The translations under genes and the position numbers were made by a program. This document shows positions 20,612-29,426 of a stretch of DNA of 64,000 nt, piece by piece. The notes beneath the pieces are model-generated. The model saw nothing but the letters and a program-made list of their open reading frames with translations. It ran no database searches and had not been told where the DNA came from. Source of the stretch: Clostridia bacterium (GTDB lineage: Bacteria; Bacillota; Clostridia; Christensenellales; Borkfalkiaceae); contig JAFURH010000037.1 of assembly GCA_017471945.1 (NCBI GenBank), positions 3,334 to 67,333 on the forward strand, written 5' to 3'. Within the stretch, counting starts at the first letter, position 1. Each line of letters starts with the position of its first letter.

Positions 20612-20662
20612 AATAAGCCGTTTGTGAACGAAACCACGTTCACAAACGGCTTATTTTATTTT
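20612..20662 (+). terminator. Strong rho-independent terminator ending the 14089-20591 operon
   Basis: Perfect 19-bp stem aataagccgtttgtgaacg / cgttcacaaacggcttatt, 6-nt loop, then TTATTTT. Confidence 0.8.
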
Positions 20663-20836
20663 CTTGCATTATATCACAAATTTGATTATATTCAAAGAGA
20701 GAGAAGGTTTTTAAAAAATATTTTTTTAAAGATATTGTTTATTTTTTCTATAAAACCAAAAAACGGATAAATTCAGCTAAAACCTTGAAAAATAAATAAA
20801 AAACGATTATTTTACAAAAAAAAGGGCTGAGGTAGG

Positions 20837-20903
20837 ATATCAAGAAAGTGTTATAAACATATCAAATATAAATATTGACGAATTTGATTATTCGTAGTAT
20901 AAT
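20837..20903 (+). promoter_or_regulatory. Promoter A: 44-bp conserved block, -35 TTGACG, 17 nt, -10 TATAAT
   Basis: 20837-20880 is identical to 22010-22053. TTGACG at 20875-20880, 17-nt spacer, TATAAT at 20898-20903. Confidence 0.65.
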
Positions 20904-21163
20904 AAAAATGAAAATATGATTATGCGGCATAGCTCGTTTATCGGATTAACGCCGCGAAATCAAGGAAGTAAGAAGATGAGAGAGTTTATGATAAAAGGAA
21001 TTTCCGTTTGTAATCCGTGTGATTTTGACGAGGAATATTTGATGCATACGGCCTTTTGGCGTGATTGCAATGATGCGCGTCATACAAAAGCTTTGCGGAA
21101 AGACGGCGAACCGATACGTACAGCCGGGAAAGCTTTTTTTGCTACGGCGCTTATTATCAGCTC

Positions 21164-21976
21164 GTGGCGGCGTTATTCGCATTGATTTCGCTTAAGTTCG
21201 TCGGATTTTACGGATTGAATTGGGCGACGTTTGTTTGTTCGTTTTTATCCGCGATTTTATTTGCAATCGATCTGTTTACAGGTATTGAAGAGGTAAAGGG
21301 TGCGCCCTTAACGGTTTGTACAATGTTCGGGTTAGGCGGCTTGGTCATTTCCTGCGTGTGCGGAATCTTTATGTTTAACGAACCGATGAGTTGGTTTCAA
21401 GCCGCAGGGCTTTTGCTGTTCTTGATCGGTGCGTATTTGCTGACGGCAAAAGACAAAAATAAGACGTCAAAGATTGATTTACGAACCTATTTAATGCTAC
21501 TTATCAATTTGCTCGTAAACGGATTGGTTATGATCTTACAAAAATATTTCAGCGTAAAAGTGTCAAACGGAAACGTTTCGCTTTTCTCGTTTTTGACTTT
21601 TTTACTAAATTCTTTGATTATGTTTGTTTTCGTAGCGTTCTACGGAATAAAAAACCGATCGCGTGAAGAAAAGAACGAAAAAAAGAAAGAAAAAACGTTT
21701 TTCGGATTGCCGAAAAGGTTATTGCTGTGCGGGGCGTTGTTAGCGTTTGCGCTATTCGTGATTAACCTGTTGGTAACGCAGATGGGTAAAACCGTGGATT
21801 CGGTGATTCTTTTTCCCGTTTCCAGCGCTCTCAGTCTCGGTTTAGTCGCTTTGGTCGGTTGGGCGGCGTTTCAAGAAAAACTCGCTTTAAAAAATTGGAT
21901 TGGGCTGCTGATAGGACTTTTGGGCATCGTGATCATAGGAATTTTAACGCCCGAAACGGTATCAAAGTTGTTTTAA
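21164..21976 (+). CDS. DMT/EamA-like transporter, possibly 5'-truncated or frameshifted
   Basis: 270 aa from a GTG start. Similar to 16522..17433 but lacks the first TM segment(s). The upstream frame-0 ORF ends ...GKAFFATALIISS, which resembles the missing segment. Confidence 0.55.
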   Translation: MAALFALISLKFVGFYGLNWATFVCSFLSAILFAIDLFTGIEEVKGAPLTVCTMFGLGGLVISCVCGIFMFNEPMSWFQAAGLLLFLIGAYLLTAKDKNKTSKIDLRTYLMLLINLLVNGLVMILQKYFSVKVSNGNVSLFSFLTFLLNSLIMFVFVAFYGIKNRSREEKNEKKKEKTFFGLPKRLLLCGALLAFALFVINLLVTQMGKTVDSVILFPVSSALSLGLVALVGWAAFQEKLALKNWIGLLIGLLGIVIIGILTPETVSKLF

Positions 21977-22009
21977 GCGAAGAGCGTATGGAATTTTTTA
22001 CCGTTTTGA

Positions 22010-22076
22010 ATATCAAGAAAGTGTTATAAACATATCAAATATAAATATTGACGGTGAAGCTACCTTATGTTATAAT
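22010..22076 (+). promoter_or_regulatory. Promoter B: the same 44-bp block, -35 TTGACG, 17 nt, -10 TATAAT
   Basis: 22010-22053 is identical to 20837-20880. TTGACG at 22048-22053. TATAAT at 22071-22076. Lies 94 nt upstream of ATG 22170. Confidence 0.65.
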
Positions 22077-22169
22077 AAAAAAGGCTGAAACGTTTTTTTA
22101 CGGCAATATAGATTTTATGTAATATACCTTTTAAAGCATTTATTGCATATAACTTTGGAGGGATTAAGA

Positions 22170-25100
22170 ATGTATAAAGCGAAGGACTTTGCGACAAGCG
22201 CATCAAAAACAATGCAAATTGTCAAATTTGTAATAGTTTGTTTTATGATACTTTTCATATCGTTCGGTTTTATGAGCATAAGCGGCTTGTTTACGACGGA
22301 GGCGCAGAATATAGAACCTATTGTGGTCAGATTCGATACGCAGGAACAAGTTGGGGAAATTAAGGCGACTAACGTTACCAAAACGTTTGTCGATGAAAGC
22401 GCTTCGAACGGTAAAAAATACGTAAGTTTTACCGGATCTAGTGATCAGCTTGAAATAAATAATTTAACCGATTTTACGGGCGAGTTCTCTCTTGACGATT
22501 ATAAGTACATAAAGCTTTCTTATCGCAGAACGGGCGTTACGAGCGTCGATGAATATACGCAACTCTTTTTTTGGACGGACGCAACGGCGAATTATGACGG
22601 ATATAAAAGGTTTAAACTTCATAAATCGGAGGTAGGACAGGAAGAATGGGTGACGTCGATCCTTTCGATCGACGATTCTGCGCAATATGCGTCAAGACTG
22701 ACTGATTACGACGAAAACGGATTGTTTATTGATCAAAATTCCGCAAGGAATAACGGTTCGGCTTGGAGTGGCGTAGTTGAAAAATTCCGATTTATTTTTT
22801 CGAGATGGGACGCCAATCCCCTTGAAAGGACGATGGATTTGGAATACGTAGCGTTTTTCAATACGGCAGAAGAAGCGGAGGCCTATCCCTTAACGGTAGA
22901 AGAAAATGCGGTGGTCGGGGCGCTTGCCAAAATGAACATAGACGTGGACCGTTCCATCGCGTATTACGACGGGGACACGCAAGCGGAAGCGGAAAAAGCG
23001 GTGCGCGCGTACGTTAAAACCTATTCGACGGCGACAATCACTCTTTCCGAGTTCAACTACGTCGCGCCGACCCAAGAGGCGGGTAGTATTACTTGTAAAG
23101 TGAAATTAGGCGATGACGAAGAGACGGAAACCAATAGCGCAACGTTGACTTGGATAATCGACGAGATGCCGGGACCGATTATTGCAAAGTTTGATTCGCA
23201 AACACAGGTCGATAAAGCGATCGTATACGACGGTACGAAAACGTTTATTGACGAGAGCGCATCGGACGGTAAAAAATATATGAGCGTCTACGGCACGGCT
23301 GATAATATTATTTTCAACAACGTGCAGGATTTTACGGGTAAATTCTCGTTGGATTTTTATCCGTATATAAAAATATCTTATCGTCGCGAAGGCATTTCCC
23401 AAAGCCAAGACGGGAAAGAATATACTCTTCTTTATTTCAATAACGGTATTGCGCAAGGGTATAAGAAGCTGAAATTGAACCGTCAAGCAGACGGCGAAGC
23501 GGCAGGTTGGGAAACGGCGGTAATTTCCATTAACGAAGGAACTTTAAAACGGTACGATGAAAACGGCGTACTTATTTCCGACGGTACGTTTACTCACGCC
23601 GATACCAATCCTTGGTCGGGTACGGCGGAATTGTTCCGTTTGGATCTTTCCCGTTATATTAACGGACCGAGAACCGTTGATTTGGAATACGTGGGCGTGT
23701 TCCATACTCAAGAAGAGGCGATCGCTTATCCTTACACCGTAGAAGAATATAAGATTGAGGGCGCGCTGAATATTATGAAGGCGTCGGGCGAAGCCTCGAT
23801 GAAATACGACGACGGCGTAACGCAAGAGAAAGCGGAACAAGCCGTGCGTGCTTACGTGGCGCAATACACCGACGCTACGTGCACGTTGTCGGGCGTGACT
23901 TATATCGCGCCGACGGACACGACGGACGGTAGACTTGCCTGTACCGTTAAGCTTGGCGACGAGGCTTTGAGCGATGAAAACAGTATGCAGTTGGATTGGA
24001 CGATCGGAAAATTGCCCGATCCTATCGTTTGGGCGATGGATAACGAAAAATTCGTTTCCAAACTCTCCGCGTGGAACTCGACCGTAGCGCTTGAAAACGG
24101 GTACGCAAGATTAAAGCCGAGTAAAAGTGAGCAAGCGGACGGATATTGCTTAGAGGCGTCGTCCGACGTTTGGGGCGAGGTTGCGTTGGGCGAATATCCC
24201 ATCGTGAAGATGCGTTATCAAAGAAAGAACGCAGAAGACGCCGTTATGCAAATATATTGGTGGGTAGACGGAAAAACGGGCTCGGACGATCATCGTTATC
24301 GCGCGTTTTCGGGCGGTACGGCGGCGGATGACGGCGATTGGATGGAAGTTATTTTAGACTTTCGCCAAGCGCCGAACGGTGAAATAGCCGTTTATCTTAA
24401 AAATCTTACCGATAATACTTCGTCAACGGCGGTCTTTACCGGCGGTTCGGGAGAGTTCAGCGGTACGTTGACGAAATTCCGATTCAACTTCGGTCGAAAG
24501 GCAAATCTCGATAGGGATACTTTGATCGAATACATCGGCGTATTCAAAACGATAGAGCAAGCGGAACAATACGTCGGCGCCGCGGACGACCGTTTGGAGG
24601 AAACGGCGGAAAAGATCGAAAATAGTAATATCAGACTTTCCTACGCGCAGGGAGCTAAGCAGAAATCGGCCGAACAAAGCGTGCTTACGCAAATTACCTT
24701 TTTAAACGGTTGCGGCGCGGAGATTTTAAACGTTGATTATCAAGAACCCGACTATGAAAACGAAGGTAGTCTTTTAGTAGACTTGCGTTTAATCAGCGGA
24801 GGAAAATGGAAAGATCTGGAAGGCGTAGAATTCGTTATCGGCAGGGCGTTCGACGATCCGATTTTATGGACGTTCAACAATCAAGAATTTATTGATAAAT
24901 TATATATACCTACGACTAGCGCGACTCAACTCGAATTGGAAAACGGCGTAATGAAAGCCACTAATCTGACGCCGGAGGTCGGTACGGGATTTGAATTTTA
25001 CGTAGAAATGCCCAACGCTGCGGATAATTTCGTTTTGCAGGATTATCCGTATATGAAGATCAAATATAAGCGTTTTGAGCCGACGTACTGCTCATTCTAT

Positions 25101-28100
25101 TTTTACACCGACACCGTGAGCGGCGGATCAAGACAATTCAGTCTCGGGATCGAAGAAGATACGTGGTATACTACGGTCTTGAACCTTGCCGTAAACAATA
25201 AAAAGGAAACGGCGTTGTATCATACCAATTTGGAAACGGGTTTGCGGACGACAATGACGTACGCGGCTTCGAGTACGGATAATTTGGACGGAACAGCGTA
25301 TAAGCTTCGCTTTAATTTGGGGGCGTTACGTTTCCACGAAAGAGTAACCTATATCGAATACATCGCGTTCTTCCCCACTTTAGAGGCGGCAAATGCTTAC
25401 GAAGGGTGGGCGGATATAGCTGAGTCCAACGCTACGATTGCCTTAGAGGAAACGGGTAGAAGCGCTGAGGTGGATTATTATCAAGGCAACACCGAAAGTA
25501 AAGCGAAAGAACAAGCTCGTTTGCTTCTAGAGGACCTTCTTAAAGATTGTGAAAGTATTGCCCTTTCGGAAACGGGTAAGAACAACGGTATGCTCAAAGT
25601 GAGCGTGAACACTATTTCCTACGCCGCTCCTACCTTGAACGGCGCTGCGGGGAGTTATGAATGCGAAGTATTTTTAAGCAACCCCGAATATAATCTTTCC
25701 GTTTCTTTGGGATCGTTTGCTTTAACGATTAACGGTGCGGACGCGCAGGATAAATTGGTATGGAATTTCAACAATACCGAATTTATCAACGAATTTGACT
25801 TTTATAACGCTTCTGCCGAGTTAACTGCGGATAACCGTCTGCAATTGAAGGGAGCAGGGCAAGCTTTCGGTTTCTCTTATCAACCTTGGGGCAAGGGTGC
25901 GTTCTCGACGGACGGCCGTCCTTACGTGCGTATATTCCTTGAAGCCGAGAAAGAAATTTTAGAAGGAACGATTGTCTTCAACGGAAGCGACGGCGTTTGG
26001 TCCTTGCCTGCGCTTTCGGCGGGCGATATCCTTTTGGCTTTGGATCTGAAAAACGGAACACTGTACGTCAACGGCGTTTTACAGAACGGGGAATACCCTG
26101 CAATGCAAGACTGGTTGCGCTCGTTTGAACTTTCCGTAACGACCGACGGTGCTCTGTACTTAACTTCTATCGGATTTTTCCATACGGAAACGGAAGCGGA
26201 CGAGTTTTCAACGCAAACCGTACGAATTTCTCAAGCGTTGCAAAATGCGGTCGACGCCTTGAACGATCAAAGTTTCGACGTTGCTTACGCCGACGGACGG
26301 GACGTCTCTGCGTTAACGGTAAGAGCCGAAGAGATCTTATTGAATAAAATTTCTGACGAGATAAGCTTAGAGAGCTTGGAAATCTCGACCTTTATAGAAG
26401 CGACTGCGGAAACGAACGGCTGTGCTACGGTAGAGGCTATACTGGGCTACGGTCCTATTTATAGTCGCGAGTACAAGGTCGTTACGTATAGCCTGAGCGT
26501 TGCGGCGAAACCGACTTCGCCCGTAGTTTGGACGTTTGACGAAGAATTCGTGCAAACGCTTTCGGGGCAAGGCAGCGCAACGCTTACGAGTGAGAACGGC
26601 GTCTTGCGCGTGGATTCCGTCGCGGGAATAGAGGACAGCTTTGGTTTTAATATTAAAAATATCGAGGCTGCAAACAGTTTCTATCTTCAAGATTATCCGT
26701 TTGTCAAAATCAAAGTACAGCGTTACGGATATAAAGACGATAGCAGTACGGGCGTCGGTACGGCGCAGCTGTATTTCTGGAATGACGAAACGAGTGAAAC
26801 GCCTTCCCGCCAATTCCGTATGGGCAACTCTGCATCGGAAGGGGATTGGACGACGGTGATCATTGATATGAACAACGGCGGTTGGTTCTATAATCTCGAA
26901 GATAATACGCCTGCTACCAAAATGGCGTTTACGAGTAGCTCGGGGCACGAATTCAGCGGCTTGCTTACGAGTTTCCGCTTGACGTTGGGCCGTCATATCA
27001 CGGTCGATCGAACGGCGTACGTGGCGTATATTGCTTTCTGTACGAGTCAAGAACAGGCGTTAGCTTATAACGGCGACGGCTACGTGGACTCTTGGGAGGT
27101 GCAGGGCAAAGAGAGAGCGGTAACGCAAACGGTATTGCCCCGCGCGAAGACGGTAGAAGCGAAGATCCGTTTGGAGAAATCGCAAGCAGGAAAAACGATG
27201 GCGATCCTTTCCGATAAGTCGGCGGCTGAAGACGCATATAACGGCTTATACGTGAGCCCTACGGGTGAATTGGTCTACGTATATAACGGCGTAACCTATC
27301 AAACGGACGGCGTAAATTTGTACAGAGGAAGCTGGGCGCACGTGGCGGCGGTTCACGACGGAACGCAAGTGCGCTTGTACGTGGACGGCGAGGCAAAAGC
27401 GACGAAAGTCGCTTCGGGAGCGGTGGAAGGCAACTATCTCCGCGCCGTTTCCATCGGTTGCGAATATAGCGGAGAAAATCAGTTCCGCGGCAATATTCGC
27501 GAAGTGTGTCTGTGGTCGGTGGCACGTAGCGAAGCGGAGATCTCGGCGCACGTGTTAAACGCTTGCGAAGAAAAAGCAGAAGGCTTGCTTGCGTTGTGGT
27601 CGTTGAAGAAAAAGAGCGGCGACCAGTTCGCAAATTCCGTAGATGCGGACAATTTTGCCGCGTATCAAGACGGATTAAACAGAAACTATCACGAATTTAC
27701 GGGTCAGGATCATCTTGTCAGTCAAGAATCGTTAAACGGCGTACCCGCCACCTTTGAACTGTGGATAAAACCGAAAAACGAAACGCCCGACGAGGAAGAA
27801 ACTTTATTTGCCGGTGGGAACGTACGCCTTACGAGGAAGGAAAACGGACAGCTTGCGTTTACGTATGGAGGAGTCGCTTTGTTTACGACGGAAGGCTTAA
27901 CCATTCCGGCGCACGAATGGACGCATTTGGCGATCACCGTAGATGCGGAAACCGATCAAACGCGTTTGTATAAGAACGGAATACTGTTTGAAACGTATTT
28001 GGCGACGGTAAGCGAAACGGTTGTTTCGGGCGTATATACCATCGGCGCGGAAAACGAAGCGAAATACTTCGTCGGCGGCGTGAGCTGCGTAAATCTTTGG

Positions 28101-29210
28101 TCTACGGTACGCACGCAAGCGCAAATTGCGGAGCAGATGAATTTCTATCCGCAAGGCACGGAAGAAGGCTTGCTTGCTTCGTGGCGTTTGGACGCGCAGG
28201 ATAATTTGGAATTTGCCGATTCCGTACAGGGTAACGGTATGGTCTTGACCTCTGAGGGTTGGTATAAAAAAGACTTCGTCGTTCCCGAAGGAGCGTTTAC
28301 GATCGCGCATATTCCCGACATACAGAACCTGCACGTTACTAATCCCGAATACATCGACGGCATACTCCGTTGGATCGCCGAAAACGCGGAAGCGCTGAAT
28401 ATGATGCTCGCAATCGACATCGGCGACGCAACGCAAAACGCGTCGAGGTACGAATGGGCGACCGTTCGCGCAGCCTTCGAACATTTGGACGGCGTATTGC
28501 CGTACTGGTTCTCGCTCGGCAATCACGACTATCCCGTGTATCAGGACGGCAGAGGTTCGGATATCCGCGACGCTTATGCCTTCCGCGAATATTTCAGCGT
28601 CGAAGAACGTATGGCGCAAGCGGATTTCGGCGGTACTTTCGAACAGGATCGCTTGGATAATTCCTATTATTTCTATACGGAAAACGGCGTGGAATATATG
28701 GTACTCTATATGGAATACGGACCTCGCGACGAGGTGTTGGAATGGGCGGACGCAGTCATTTCCGCGCACCCGAACCATAAAGTTATCGTGGCAAACCACG
28801 CGTATTTCTCGCATCGTGCCGACAAGCCCGCCGAGGACGAGATCGGGCAAGCGAAATATCTGCCGAGCGACGCGCACAATCAATACGGAATGGAGGTGTA
28901 TAACACGGTCAACGACGGCGTGGAGATCAGAGAAAAGCTCGTGAAAAAACACTCGAATATTATGTTGGTCACGAGCGGTCACTCGCAAGGCGCTTGTATC
29001 TATTACAGAGCCGACGAGGCAGAACAAGGCAACGTGATCTTTGAAGTGTTGGCGGACAGCTCGGCAATGATCAACGGATTCCCGTCTAACTACGATTTGA
29101 TTTGTCTGTATACGTTCGAGCAAGACGGTACGCTTCATACCTGCTACTATTCTCCCGAATTGGATATGTATTACGATACGGATAACGAGATCACGGTAAA
29201 AGTCGGCTGA
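22170..29210 (+). CDS. Giant N-terminally anchored surface protein: six repeat modules, two LamG-like domains, C-terminal calcineurin-like metallophosphoesterase
   Basis: GGAGGG sits 8 nt before ATG 22170; the track start is 22143. TM anchor IVKFVIVCFMILFISFGFMSISGLF. Six module ends: LEYVAFFNTAEEAEAY, LEYVGVFHTQEEAIAY, IEYIGVFKTIEQAEQY, IEYIAFFPTLEAANAY, LTSIGFFHTETEADEF, VAYIAFCTSQEQALAY. LamG-like WAHVAAVHDGTQVRLYVDGE and WTHLAITVDAETDQTRLYKNG. Phosphoesterase motifs PDIQ, IGDAT, GNHDY, ANHAY, SGHSQG. Confidence 0.85.
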   Translation: MYKAKDFATSASKTMQIVKFVIVCFMILFISFGFMSISGLFTTEAQNIEPIVVRFDTQEQVGEIKATNVTKTFVDESASNGKKYVSFTGSSDQLEINNLTDFTGEFSLDDYKYIKLSYRRTGVTSVDEYTQLFFWTDATANYDGYKRFKLHKSEVGQEEWVTSILSIDDSAQYASRLTDYDENGLFIDQNSARNNGSAWSGVVEKFRFIFSRWDANPLERTMDLEYVAFFNTAEEAEAYPLTVEENAVVGALAKMNIDVDRSIAYYDGDTQAEAEKAVRAYVKTYSTATITLSEFNYVAPTQEAGSITCKVKLGDDEETETNSATLTWIIDEMPGPIIAKFDSQTQVDKAIVYDGTKTFIDESASDGKKYMSVYGTADNIIFNNVQDFTGKFSLDFYPYIKISYRREGISQSQDGKEYTLLYFNNGIAQGYKKLKLNRQADGEAAGWETAVISINEGTLKRYDENGVLISDGTFTHADTNPWSGTAELFRLDLSRYINGPRTVDLEYVGVFHTQEEAIAYPYTVEEYKIEGALNIMKASGEASMKYDDGVTQEKAEQAVRAYVAQYTDATCTLSGVTYIAPTDTTDGRLACTVKLGDEALSDENSMQLDWTIGKLPDPIVWAMDNEKFVSKLSAWNSTVALENGYARLKPSKSEQADGYCLEASSDVWGEVALGEYPIVKMRYQRKNAEDAVMQIYWWVDGKTGSDDHRYRAFSGGTAADDGDWMEVILDFRQAPNGEIAVYLKNLTDNTSSTAVFTGGSGEFSGTLTKFRFNFGRKANLDRDTLIEYIGVFKTIEQAEQYVGAADDRLEETAEKIENSNIRLSYAQGAKQKSAEQSVLTQITFLNGCGAEILNVDYQEPDYENEGSLLVDLRLISGGKWKDLEGVEFVIGRAFDDPILWTFNNQEFIDKLYIPTTSATQLELENGVMKATNLTPEVGTGFEFYVEMPNAADNFVLQDYPYMKIKYKRFEPTYCSFYFYTDTVSGGSRQFSLGIEEDTWYTTVLNLAVNNKKETALYHTNLETGLRTTMTYAASSTDNLDGTAYKLRFNLGALRFHERVTYIEYIAFFPTLEAANAYEGWADIAESNATIALEETGRSAEVDYYQGNTESKAKEQARLLLEDLLKDCESIALSETGKNNGMLKVSVNTISYAAPTLNGAAGSYECEVFLSNPEYNLSVSLGSFALTINGADAQDKLVWNFNNTEFINEFDFYNASAELTADNRLQLKGAGQAFGFSYQPWGKGAFSTDGRPYVRIFLEAEKEILEGTIVFNGSDGVWSLPALSAGDILLALDLKNGTLYVNGVLQNGEYPAMQDWLRSFELSVTTDGALYLTSIGFFHTETEADEFSTQTVRISQALQNAVDALNDQSFDVAYADGRDVSALTVRAEEILLNKISDEISLESLEISTFIEATAETNGCATVEAILGYGPIYSREYKVVTYSLSVAAKPTSPVVWTFDEEFVQTLSGQGSATLTSENGVLRVDSVAGIEDSFGFNIKNIEAANSFYLQDYPFVKIKVQRYGYKDDSSTGVGTAQLYFWNDETSETPSRQFRMGNSASEGDWTTVIIDMNNGGWFYNLEDNTPATKMAFTSSSGHEFSGLLTSFRLTLGRHITVDRTAYVAYIAFCTSQEQALAYNGDGYVDSWEVQGKERAVTQTVLPRAKTVEAKIRLEKSQAGKTMAILSDKSAAEDAYNGLYVSPTGELVYVYNGVTYQTDGVNLYRGSWAHVAAVHDGTQVRLYVDGEAKATKVASGAVEGNYLRAVSIGCEYSGENQFRGNIREVCLWSVARSEAEISAHVLNACEEKAEGLLALWSLKKKSGDQFANSVDADNFAAYQDGLNRNYHEFTGQDHLVSQESLNGVPATFELWIKPKNETPDEEETLFAGGNVRLTRKENGQLAFTYGGVALFTTEGLTIPAHEWTHLAITVDAETDQTRLYKNGILFETYLATVSETVVSGVYTIGAENEAKYFVGGVSCVNLWSTVRTQAQIAEQMNFYPQGTEEGLLASWRLDAQDNLEFADSVQGNGMVLTSEGWYKKDFVVPEGAFTIAHIPDIQNLHVTNPEYIDGILRWIAENAEALNMMLAIDIGDATQNASRYEWATVRAAFEHLDGVLPYWFSLGNHDYPVYQDGRGSDIRDAYAFREYFSVEERMAQADFGGTFEQDRLDNSYYFYTENGVEYMVLYMEYGPRDEVLEWADAVISAHPNHKVIVANHAYFSHRADKPAEDEIGQAKYLPSDAHNQYGMEVYNTVNDGVEIREKLVKKHSNIMLVTSGHSQGACIYYRADEAEQGNVIFEVLADSSAMINGFPSNYDLICLYTFEQDGTLHTCYYSPELDMYYDTDNEITVKVG
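22314..27077 (+). repeat. Six diverged protein-level repeat modules inside the giant gene
   Basis: Approximate module borders at nt 22314, 23172, 24018, 24855, 25752, 26550 and 27077. Each starts P(I/V)(I/V)(W/A/R)xF(D/N) and ends (E/A)Y(I/V)(A/G)(F/V)F.T.E(E/Q)A..Y. Modules 1-5 carry an extra ~85-aa subdomain. Confidence 0.7.
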
Positions 29211-29284
29211 CGCTTTTCTGTCAATCAAAAACGAAAACAATGTTCTATGTGTAAAAAAATAACAAAATACAAGGAGGACACACG

Positions 29285-29413
29285 ATGAACAAAAAGAACT
29301 ATTTGGCTCCCTTGGTGGAAATGATAGCTTTCCACGAGGATATTGTAAGAACGTCTGTTCCCAGCGAGGTGGACGGGATGGCAAACTTTAATAGAGATTG
29401 GTTGCCGGAGTAA
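29285..29413 (+). CDS. Unannotated 42-codon ORF (MNKKNYLAPLVEMIAFHEDIVRTSVPSEVDGMANFNRDWLPE)
   Basis: AAGGAGGA sits 6 nt before ATG 29285. The TAA stop (29411-29413) is embedded in the TAAGGAGGA ribosome-binding site of the next gene. It is below the 60-aa cut-off of the ORF track. Confidence 0.5.
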   Translation: MNKKNYLAPLVEMIAFHEDIVRTSVPSEVDGMANFNRDWLPE

Positions 29414-29426
29414 GGAGGAAGCAAAA

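Noticed and set aside
20916-21185. 89-aa ORF upstream of the second DMT gene as an independent gene
   Set aside because: No recognisable family. It overlaps the transporter start, and its C-terminal end looks like the missing transporter N-terminus in another frame. A leader or pseudogene remnant is the better reading.
27897-29384. 495-aa minus-strand ORF, plus other long antisense ORFs in the track (for example 19587..20510, 29733..30758, 7887..8621, 49209..49973, 50844..51614, 52002..52790, 26367..27050)
   Set aside because: All lie fully antisense within + strand genes that have ribosome-binding sites, export signals and recognisable domains. Their translations are Arg/Phe/Ile-rich low-complexity strings with no motifs and no Shine-Dalgarno sequence. 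This is typical of frame-shadow ORFs.
29285-29413. The small ORF as a RiPP precursor (sactipeptide, lanthipeptide or ranthipeptide)
   Set aside because: The peptide has no cysteine, and no radical-SAM, LanM/LanB-like or peptidase/exporter gene is nearby. Only its existence and translational coupling are reported.
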